A DNA stretch of 64,000 nt from Eledone cirrhosa (lineage: Eukaryota). Shown piece by piece: positions 1-8,400 of the stretch. Every line of letters starts with the position of its first letter. Position 1 is the stretch's first letter. The stretch spans positions 123,938,001 to 124,002,000 of the forward strand of contig OZ024744.1 of NCBI GenBank assembly GCA_964016885.1. Reading direction: 5' to 3'. Made by a program: the position numbers and the translations under genes. The notes below the pieces were generated by a model. The model worked only from the letters and a program-made list of their open reading frames with translations, did not search any database and was not told the origin of the DNA.

Positions 1-141
1 TTAGCGGTGCCAGTAGCTTTTTCTAACCACAAAATTCTTTGAAAAGGTTTAATTGACGAACAAATGTCCTGTACCACATTGATCCGCATTAACAAGACTT
101 TTTAAAAGTACAAAACAGCATTATTACTGCATCACTAAAGA

Positions 142-225
142 TAGTAAAGATACTATAAATATTTGAAATAACAAACCTGTTTTTAGATATTTTCTGCTAA
201 ATCATTACAGGATGTTAAGAGATAA
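142..225 (+). repeat. Intronic segment duplicated at 3469-3607
   Basis: tagtaaagatactataaatatttgaaataacaaacctgt..tagatattttctgctaaat..ttacagg (142-211) recurs at 3539-3607; gatatttt.tgctaaa.cattaca.gatgttaagagataa (186-225) recurs at 3469-3508. Confidence 0.85.
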
Positions 226-251
226 ATACAATATCTTTGTTTATATTTCAG

Positions 252-389
252 GGAATATGGGTGCGACAAGGAGCAATAGGTTTTATTACTGCTGTGGCTC
301 ATGTATTGAAAGTTGCAGATGTTCATTGCAACTTAATACCTCGAGTGAGAATGTTCCTAAAACAAAGTGTCCTTCATATTGACCAAAAA
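252..389 (+). CDS. PIK3R4: Internal coding exon (46 codons, phase 0) of a PIK3R4/VPS15-like phosphoinositide 3-kinase regulatory subunit 4
   Basis: Acceptor ttatatttcAG at 250-251, donor GTAAGT at 390-395. Translation GIWVRQGAIGFITAVAHVLKVADVHCNLIPRVRMFLKQSVLHIDQK resembles, from recall, vertebrate PIK3R4 '[29 protein letters not shown]...QPIIQIERK'. Joins in frame to the exon at 3681. Confidence 0.85.
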
Positions 390-547
390 GTAAGTTATTT
401 TCACACATTCTCTACCGTTGAAACCTACCCCTCTCCCCCCGCCCCCTCTCTCTCTAGTAATAATAATAAATGTGAAGACTAAAATCCAAAGAGGGCTCGA
501 TAAGGATAAATATATATCAAATATATAAGAACCGTAGAGCAAATATT

Positions 548-663
548 TATTAAAATAACAGATTAAAGTTTAAGCAAAGAATCGCTGCTTTCACCCTTAA
601 CGGGATCTTCTGATCTCGTTAAGGGTGAAAGCAGCGATTCTTTGCTTAAACTTTAATCTGTTA

Positions 664-671
<8 letters not shown>
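548..671. repeat. Near-perfect fold-back inverted repeat (60-bp arms, 4-nt loop)
   Basis: 548-607 is the reverse complement of 612-671 apart from one mismatch (G603/T616); loop TTCT at 608-611. Confidence 0.95.

Positions 672-713
<42 letters not shown>
669..713. repeat. (AT)n microsatellite
   Basis: About 22 perfect AT units directly abutting the right arm of the fold-back. Confidence 0.97.
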
Positions 714-716
<3 letters not shown>

Positions 717-740
717 GTAGGTTTCAATGTGTTTATTGCT

Positions 741-1540
741 TACATGATAAGTGGTTGGTGATAGAAAGCTTACCAAACAAAGGGTCAGGAAGACCCTTCA
801 GTTGTGTCAAAGACATGACAGCCTCTCTAGTCTTGGTGATCTACATGATAAACCTACCCAGTACACTCTGTAAAGTGGTTGGTGATATGGCATCCACCTG
901 TAGAAATCTTGTGAAACAAAAGGTTAGGAGGACCCTTCAGTTTGTGTCAAGGACCTGACATCCTCACCAGTGCACTTGGTACAATGTGAGATCATAAATA
1001 AATGATATGACAGATCCCTGGTTTGTCTGGGAGATCAGTAGCCACCACTTCAGTACTGACTTGGTCTATGTAGACCTGTCTAACCCTTGCTGGGAATATA
1101 GGTGATATGACAGATCCCTGGTTTGTCTGGGAGATCAGTACCCACCACTTCAGTACTGACTTGGTCTATGTAGATCTGTCTAACTCTTGCTAGACAGATC
1201 TAAGTGGATGTAAACATGACAATGATAGGAAGGTGATCCAGCCATTGAAAGCTTGCCAAAAGAAGTTTTGGAAGGACCCAGAGTTGTGCCAAAGGTACAA
1301 CATACTAACTATTGCTGGTGATCTACATGATAAATGCTCCCAATACATGTTATAAGAGTTTGGTGATAGGAAGGGTAACCAGCCATAGAAAACTTGCCAA
1401 ACAAAGGGTTGGCAGGACTCTTCTATGTCAAATGTTAGTGATCTTCACAATATCACACTTAGTACACACTGTAAAGTAGTTGGTGATATGAAGGGCTCCA
1501 GCCATAGAAAACTTGCCAAACAAAGGGTTGGAAGGTCTCT
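741..1540 (+). repeat. Degenerate tandem repeat (~5 copies of ~120-140 bp), probably derived from a SINE body
   Basis: The motif ttggtgata(g/t)gaaggg..ccagccatagaaaacttgccaaacaaagggtt recurs with divergence near 755, 880, 1222, 1360 and 1480. cccagtacactctgtaaagtggttgg...gcatcca (857-897) resembles, from recall, the cephalopod SINE central domain. Confidence 0.65.
1003..1191 (+). repeat. 100-bp-period tandem duplication (2 near-identical 89-bp copies)
   Basis: tgatatgacagatccctggtttgtctgggagatcagta...cttgct at 1003-1091 and 1103-1191, about 3 substitutions. Confidence 0.93.
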
Positions 1541-1554
1541 TTAACAATGTTAGC

Positions 1555-1700
1555 ACTGGTGCCATGCTAAAATGTATTTGGTAGAACACAGGGTTGTTTG
1601 TAAGTGAGCCCATCTGCAGGAACAGTAGCCCTTCTTGGATACTGGCTCAGTTGGTGAAGTTCCCCATCCAAACGTTGCTAGCAGGGAAAATGAACATTAA
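1555..1700 (+). mobile_element. Probable decayed SINE 3' part (RTE-type tail)
   Basis: Ends in catccaaacgttgctagcagggaaaatgaacattaa, similar to the recalled cephalopod SINE/RTE tail (gtccaacccatgccagcatggaaaacggacgttaa); follows SINE-body-like repeats. Recall only. Confidence 0.4.
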
Positions 1701-2551
1701 CTTTTTAGAGTTCAAACCGCCCGAAATTATTTCCCCTTCATTTGTTCAAACCGCCCAAAAACACCCACACTAAAAAATCATTCTAAAAATAAACAAACCA
1801 TCATCAAAATCTCGTCGATTCGAGACTGCTGCGAGATTAGGTCTTTACTGCGAAAATTAACACTTAATATAGTGAAACAAGTTAAAACAACAAGTATTTT
1901 TTTAACTTTGAAAGTAGAATAGATTTTTTTTTGTATCAACATGGCTTATGAAAGTAGCGATATCGACTTGGGAGGTTTTACACACGACGACATTCAGAAT
2001 AAACAAGAAACAAACGATAATATTAGTGATTTATCTTCAAATAAATCTGATGTTTATATTTCTGAAATTTCGTCCGACGATGATTGTTTTGAAAGTGAAA
2101 ATGAAGGAGATCTCCAGGATGCCATTGAAAATATTATAGCAACATGGTTGAAAAATACCACACTAATATATGTTCCCGATTTTATTGAAAATACTGGTCC
2201 ACAACACACATTAGCTCCCGATGCTAAAGCACTGGATTATTTCTTTTTGTTTTTACCACAAACTTTCTTCGAAGTTGTGGCAGAAGAGATTAATCGATAT
2301 GTCCAACAACAGATTTCAAATCAAGGAAAACCTGATCTGTTTGGCGACTGACAGATGCTGCGGAAATGCAAGCATTTTTTACCGTAAATATTATGTTCGG
2401 TATAAAACAATTTCCAAGACTGTGGAATTACTGGAACACTGGTATAAGGTTTAGTGATTCTTATATATCAAGTATTATGCCAAAAACAACATATTTAAAA
2501 TTAAACCAGTATTAGCACCTGGTTGATACTTCAAATGCCCCTGTTAATTAA
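1697..2551 (+). mobile_element. 3'-truncated piggyBac-family DNA transposon remnant
   Basis: TTAA at 1697-1700 followed by a subterminal direct repeat gttcaaaccgccc (1710-1722, 1744-1756), an AT-rich leader and a transposase remnant; homology stops at TTAATTAA 2544-2551. No matching right TIR seen. Confidence 0.7.
1941..2543 (+). pseudogene. piggyBac (PGBD4-like, DDE_Tnp_1_7) transposase N-terminal fragment, frameshifted
   Basis: Acidic N-terminus then FIENTGP..ALDYFFLFLPQTFFEVVAEEINRY; after a frameshift near 2341 it continues WRLTDAAEMQAFFTVNIMFGIKQFPRLWNYW..IMPKTTYLKLNQY*HLVD, matching the piggyBac pattern W...E..AF....MG.....YW...M...F.....LH..D; in-frame stop; catalytic core missing. 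Confidence 0.85.
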
Positions 2552-2856
2552 TTTCACCTGCCCATAAAAGTCAAATTTGACCCCAAAAATCAGGTAAAAT
2601 TATATAATTGTAAATTATTGATATTTAAACATCTACTGACAAAATTACAAGCCTGCACATGGAAAATTAAGAAAATTACAAACAAATAAAATTGATAACC
2701 CTCTTGAGTATGATTAACTGAAAATAATGTGCATAGATAAACATAACATTTGATAAATTAATGTGAATGCTAAAGGATTAAATGACAATGGCAATGTCTT
2801 ATCTTCTTCCATAGTACTGTTGCCATGATAAAATACACTTGTTATCTACTTCTCTG

Positions 2857-2923
2857 GTAGCTGCCGTATGGCCAAATAGCTAAGAAGTTCACTTCACAAC
2901 TGTAAAGTCCCAGGTTCAAACCC
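2857..2923 (+). mobile_element. tRNA-derived SINE head (Pol III A and B boxes), truncated
   Basis: A-box-like TGGCCAAATAGC 2869-2880 and B-box GGTTCAAACC 2913-2922; no cloverleaf 3' half; ends at the (CAT)n tail of the adjacent RTE. Confidence 0.6.
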
Positions 2924-3290
2924 ATCATCATTATATCATCATCATTATTTTTACATCTACACTTGTGTGGGTTGGATGGGTCCTTCTCAGCGCAGCATCT
3001 CTCCACTTGTCCCGTTCCTTCATCATCTCCTCTGTTAGTCTCAGTAATTTGAGGTCAGCTCTCATCACCACCCAGGTCTTTGGTCTACCTCTACTGCGAT
3101 TTCCTGACACTTCTTCACCTATCAGTCACCATCCATACACATCACATGTCCAAACCAACTCAGTTTTCTCTCCTACACACCACCTCAGATTCCTCTTAAA
3201 CCCAGCTTCTCCCTCAGTTCATCCAAGCTCTGCCTTTCTCTCACATTTACATTGCTCATCCAATGAAGCATGATTACTTCATTTCTCTCT
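2924..3290 (-). mobile_element. RTE-clade LINE 3' end, decayed
   Basis: Minus-strand translation ERNEVIMLHWMSNVNVRERQSLDELREKLGLRGI*GGV*ERKLSWFGHVMCMD..VKKC..VE/RGRPKTW..DLKLL..ERDKWR matches the RTE ORF C-terminus (RLRWFGHV, GRP..TW); several stops; (TGA)n-type tail at 2924-2945. Confidence 0.85.
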
Positions 3291-3292
3291 AG

Positions 3293-3355
3293 ACATACAT
3301 ATACACACACACATATCTCTCTCTCTCTATATATATATATATACTACATATATAT
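3293..3355. repeat. Compound (AC)n/(CT)n/(AT)n microsatellite
   Basis: acatacatatacacacacacatatctctctctctctatatatatatatat seen directly. Confidence 0.9.
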
Positions 3356-3680
3356 CATTACCATATAACATTGTCATTGTGACCACAGTGAAATATTCCT
3401 GACAAAGTCTCTCTACAATTCATTATTTTCCATTGCGCTAGGCAACTGCTCCCTACTCACGTTTGTTTGATATTTTATGCTAAACCATTACAAGATGTTA
3501 AGAGATAATACTACAAATTTTCACAACAATCTGTCCACTAGTAAAGATACTATAAACATTTGAAATAACAAACCTGTTTGTAGATATTTTCTGCTAAATG
3601 TTACAGGTGAAACATGACTTTTCATAATTTTTGTAAACCTTATTTTGTCTGTGTGTTTTTTTGTTTGTTTGTCTTTCCAG

Positions 3681-3857
3681 CATATTCTGTTAAACTGTGT
3701 TGGAGAATCAGTACCTCGAGCTGTGTTTGATTACGTGGTTCGATCACCCAACGTTGATGGTATATATGATGTTTTATTGAAAGGTAGTGAGAATCGTAAA
3801 ACTATGAGACGAGGACATAAATCATTGTATCCCGATTTAGATGAAATTATGTCCCCA
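3681..3857 (+). CDS. PIK3R4: Internal coding exon (59 codons, phase 0) of PIK3R4/VPS15-like gene
   Basis: Acceptor ttccAG 3679-3680, donor GTAAGT 3858-3863. HILLNCVGESVPRAVFDYVVRSPNVDGIYDVLL.. resembles recalled PIK3R4 '[32 protein letters not shown]', which directly follows the segment matched by the first exon. Confidence 0.85.
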
Positions 3858-3892
3858 GTAAGTATTTATGCCAACTTTCCTAACAGCAATTA

Positions 3893-4206
3893 TTTGGGGA
3901 GGGTCATGTTGTCCTAATATTGCCCCAAAATAATAAAAAACACTCCCTGTTTGGGGAGGGTCATGTTGTCCTAATATTGTCCCAAAGTAGTAAAACACAC
4001 TCCCTGTTTGGGGAGGGTCATGTTATCCTAATATTGTCCCAAAATAATAAAAACACTCCGTTTGAGGAGGGTCATGTTGTCCTAATATTGTCCCAAAATA
4101 ATAAAAACACTCCCTGTTTGGGGAGGGTCATGTTCTAATATTGTCCCAAAGTAGTAAAACACACTCCCTGTTTGGGGAGGGTCATATTGTCCTACTATTG
4201 TCCCAA
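3893..4206. repeat. 54-57-bp minisatellite, ~5.5 copies
   Basis: Unit tttggggagggtcatgttgtcctaatattgtcccaaa(a/g)ta(a/g)taaaa(c)acactccctg starting at 3893, 3950, 4007, 4061, 4117 and 4171. Confidence 0.95.
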
Positions 4207-4277
4207 TAGTCTGTAATAACTTGTCCAACCCATGTATGTAGGACAATAGTCTGTAATCACTTGTCCAGCCCATGTAT
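4204..4277. repeat. First ~2 monomers of the 40/41-bp satellite, cut off from the main array by the LINE
   Basis: caatagtctgtaataacttgtccaacccatgtatgtaggacaatagtctgtaatcacttgtccagcccatgtat matches the array consensus. Confidence 0.95.
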
Positions 4278-5444
4278 AATAATGATAATAATGAAAATAT
4301 TGTGGACAGTGCTCAGGTGCACTACAACTCATCAAAAGTGTATGTATAGTACATAGGGTAATGTACAAACGTCAGGAAAATGAACAGTGCATGAGTCATG
4401 ATATATACATGTGTGTATGTGTATGGAAGGGGGACATGAGGTGTAGTTTGGGCGAATTTCGGGAAGCATGAGGGTTTTAAAGGATGCAGTGTCTCGTCAG
4501 CTAACAACTGATGCAGACAGTTTGTTCCATGCTTCAGCAACTCTAAGCGTGAAAAAATGTTTCCGAAAGACATGGGAACTGTGCTGTTCTCTGATTTTGT
4601 AGGTATGTCTACGTCTGTTAGACACATGGAGATCAAAAAGGTGCTCAGTGTTGTTGTTAGCGAGATGGTTGATAACTTTGATGGTTAATAACTTTGTGGG
4701 TCTGTTGCCAGACGTCGGAGCTTCAATGAATCCATGCCCAGGGAAGCAAGGCGTTCAGAGTATGGTAGGTGTCTGATGGAGGGTATGCGGTTGGTTGGAC
4801 GTCTCTGAACAGTTTCCAGGAGGTCAATGTTCTGAGCAAGATAGGGGTTCCAGACTGATGATGCGGATTCCAAGTGTGGTCGTACCATAGCTGTATACAG
4901 CTTTAAATAGATGGCTGGAGAGCGGCTAACAAAGGTCTTGCTGAGTGATACCAACACATTCTCGGCCTTCTTGACAATCTTAGAGACATGCTTTGTCCAA
5001 CGCAAATCGCTGCTGACAGTAATGCCCAGGTCACGTTCACAAGAGCACTTCTTGATATCAGTATTGTGGAGGGAGTAAGTAGACGCAGGATTTTTCCTCC
5101 CAAAATGCATGGTGGTACACTTGTCCACAGCTAGCTTCAGTTGCCAGTCTGTGATCCAATGCTGCATTGTGTCCAGGTCTGATTGTAGGAAAGCGTTGTA
5201 GATTTCAGGATCAGTCCTTTTGATTTCAAGGTACAGCTTGATGTCATCTGCATATTTCAGTACCGTGGCTTTCTTTAAGTTGGCAGCTATGTCATTAATA
5301 TATGCCGCAAACAAAAGGGTACCAAGAACAGATGATATCTCATATGGTGAAGAATGCTGTCCTAGAACCGTGACTACTTTTTTCGGCTGAGTATGAAGGA
5401 TTTCAACCAGTTAAAAAGATCATCCCTTACACCCATTGCAGAGA
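4278..5444 (-). mobile_element. 5'-truncated CR1-clade non-LTR retrotransposon (RT C-terminal part, 3' UTR and (ATT)n-like tail), degenerate
   Basis: ORF 4685-5314(-) has YINDI, YADD, WQL.LAVDKC, ERDLGI, LY.AMVRPHLE.ASSVWNP, LE.VQRR, L.YSERL motifs typical of CR1 RT. Upstream SVLGTLLF is present but the GVPQG motif is missing and stops occur. Tail aataatgataataat at 4278-4292. Flanked by GTAT at 4274-4277 and 5445-5448. Confidence 0.9.
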
Positions 5445-8400
5445 GTATGTAGGACAATAGTGTGTAATAACTTGTCCAACACATGACAGGTAGGACAATG
5501 GTCTGTAATAACTTGTCCAACCCATGCCAGGTAGGACAATAGGCTGTAATAACTTGTCCAACCCATGTATGTAGGACGATAGTCTGTAATAACTTGTCTC
5601 GCCCATTACAGGTAGGACAATAGTCTGTAATAACTTGTCCAAGCCATGACAGGTAGGGCAATAGTCTGTTATAACTTGTCCAACCCATGACAGGTAGGAC
5701 AATAGTCTGTAATAACTTGTCCAACCCATGACAGGTAGGACAATAGTCTGTAATAACTTGTCCTAACCCATGTATGTAGGACAATAGTCTGTAATAACTT
5801 GTCCAACCCATGTATGTAGGACAATAGTCTGTAATAACTTGTCCAAGCCATGCCAGGTAGGATAATAGTCTGTAATAACTTGTCTAACCCATGTATGTAG
5901 GACAATAGTCTGTAATAACTTGTCCAACCCATGTATGGAGGACAATAGTCTGTAATAACTTGTCTAGCCAATGTATGGAGGACAATAGTCTGTAATAACT
6001 TGTCCAACCCATGGATGTAGGACAATAGTCTGTAATAATTTGTCCAACCCATGTATGTAGGACAATAGTCTGTAATAACTTGTCCAACCCATGTATGTAG
6101 GACAATAGTCTGTAATAACTTGTCTAGCCCATGTATGTAGGACAATAGTCTGTAATAACTTATCCAACCCATGTATGTAGGACAATAGTCTGTAATAACT
6201 TGTCCAACCCATGACAGGTAGGACAATAGTCTGTAATAACTTGTCCAACCCATGTATGTAGGACAATAGTCTGTAATAACTTGTCCAACCCATTTATGTT
6301 GGACAATAGTCTGTAATAACTTGTCCAACCCATGTATGTTGGACAATAGTCTGTAATAACTTGTCCAACCCATGACAGGTAGGACAATAGTCTGTAATAA
6401 CTTGTCCGACCCATGCCATGTAGGACAATAGTCTGTAATAACTTGTCCAACCCATGACAGGTAGGACAATAGTCTGTAATAACTTGTCCAACCCATGCCA
6501 GGTAGGACAAAGTCTGTAATAACTTGTCCAACCCATGACAGGTAGGACAATAGTCTGCAATAACTTGTCCAACCCATGTATGTAGGACAATAGTCTGTAA
6601 TAAGTTGTCCAACCCATGTATGTAGGACAATAGTCTGTAATAACTTGTCCTACCCATGACAGGTAGGACAATAGTCTGTAATAACTTGTCCAACCCATGT
6701 ATGTTGGACAATAGTCTGTAATAACTTGTCCAACCCACGACAGGCAGGACAATAGTCTGTAATTACTTGTCCAACCCATGTATGTAGCACAATAGTCTGT
6801 AATATCTTGTCCAACCCATGACAGGTAGGACAATAGTCTGTAATAACTTCTCCAACCCATGTATGTAGGACAATAGTCTGTAATAACTTGTCCAACCCAT
6901 GCCAGCTAGAACAATAGTCTGTAATAACTTGTCCAACCCATGTATGTAGGACAATAGTCTGTAATAACTTGTCCAACCCATGTATGTAGGACAATAGTCT
7001 GTAATAACTTGTCCAACCCATATATGTAGCACAATAGTCTGTAATATCTTGTCCAACCCATGACAGGTAGGACAATAGTCTGTAATAACTTGTCCAACCC
7101 ATGCCAGGTAGGACAATAGTCTGTAATAACTTGTCCAACCCATGACGGGTAGGACAATAGTCTGTAATATCTTGTCCAACCCATGACATGTAGGACAATA
7201 GTCTGTAATAACTTGTCCAACCAATGCCAGGTAGGACAATAGTCTGTAATAACTTGTCCAACCCATGTATGTAGGACAATAGTCTGTAATAACTTGTCCA
7301 ACCCATGACAGGTAGGACAATAGTCTGTAATAACTTGTCCAACCCATGCCAGGTAGGACAATAGTCTGTAATAACTTGTCCAACCCATGACGGGTAGGAC
7401 AATAGTCTGTAATAACTTGTCCAACCCATGTATGTAGGACAATAGTCTGTAATAACTTGTCCAACCCATGTATGTAGCACAATAGTCTGTAATATCTTCT
7501 CCAACCCATGACAGGTAGGACAATAGTCTGTAATAACTTGTCCAACCCATGTCAGGTAGGACAATAGTCTGTAGTAACTTGCCCAACCCATGTATGTAGG
7601 ACAATAGTCTGTAATAACTTGTCCAACCCATGACAGGTAGGACAATAGTCTGTAATAACTTGTCCAACCCATGTATGTAGGACAATAGTCTGTAATAACT
7701 TGTCCAACCCATGCCAGCTAGGACAATAGTCTGTAATAACTTGTCCAACCCATGTATGTAGGACAATAGTCTGTAATAACTTGTCCAACCCATGTATGTA
7801 GGACAATAGTCTGTAATAACTTGTCCAACCCATGAGAGGTAGGACAATAGTCTGTAATAACTTGTCCAACCCATGTATGTAGGACAATAGTCTGTCATAA
7901 CGTGTCCAACCCATGACAGGTAGGACAATAGTCTGTAATAACCTGTCCAACCCATGACAGGTAGGACAATAGTCTGTAATAATTTGTCCAACCCATGTAT
8001 GTAGGACAATAGTCTGTAATAACTTGTCCAACCCATGTATGTAGTACAATAGTCTATAATAACTTGTCCAACCCATGTATGTAGGACAATAGTCTGTAAT
8101 AACTTGTCCAACCCATGTATGTAGGACAATAGTCTGTAATAACTTGTCCAACCCATGTATGTAGGACAATAGTCTGTAATAACTTGTCCAACCCATGTAT
8201 GTAGGACAATAGTCTGTAATAACTTGTCCAACCCATGACAGGTAGGACAATAGTCTGTAATAACTTGTCCAACCCATGACAGGCAGGACAATAGTCTGTA
8301 ATAACTTGTCCAACCCATGTATGTAGGACAATAGTCTGTAATAACTTGCCCAACCCATGTATGTAGGACAATAGTCTCTAATAACTTGTCCAACCCATGT

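Larger units (their letters stand above)
390..3680 (+). other. Intron (3291 bp, GT-AG, phase 0) of the PIK3R4-like gene
   Basis: GTAAGT at 390; T-rich tract ending tctttccAG at 3679-3680; the flanking exons are collinear with the recalled PIK3R4 protein. Confidence 0.8.

Noticed and set aside
424-470. C-rich/CT tract and (TAA)n after the first exon (possible G4 on the minus strand)
   Set aside because: Short low-complexity sequence with no further support.
237-482. ORFs 237-482 and 3645-3917 as standalone small genes
   Set aside because: Only their central parts, bounded by AG/GT splice sites, resemble PIK3R4; the flanks are intron read-through.
1643-1654. A-box-like TGGCTCAGTTGG suggesting a tRNA/Pol III gene
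   Set aside because: No B box or cloverleaf downstream.
2857-2923. tRNA gene
   Set aside because: A and B boxes are present but there is no acceptor-stem 3' half or cloverleaf; better explained as a SINE head.
2965-3273. 102-aa plus-strand ORF
   Set aside because: Antisense reading of the decayed RTE fragment; no independent support.
3920-4138. 72-aa repetitive ORF
   Set aside because: Translation of the 54-57-bp minisatellite.
4685-5314. RT ORF as an active enzyme or a novel RT-plus-repeat system (retron, DGR or telomerase-like) generating the array
   Set aside because: It is a 5'-truncated, decayed CR1 fragment lacking the N-terminal RT motifs and endonuclease, and it interrupts a pre-existing monomer, so it post-dates the array edge.
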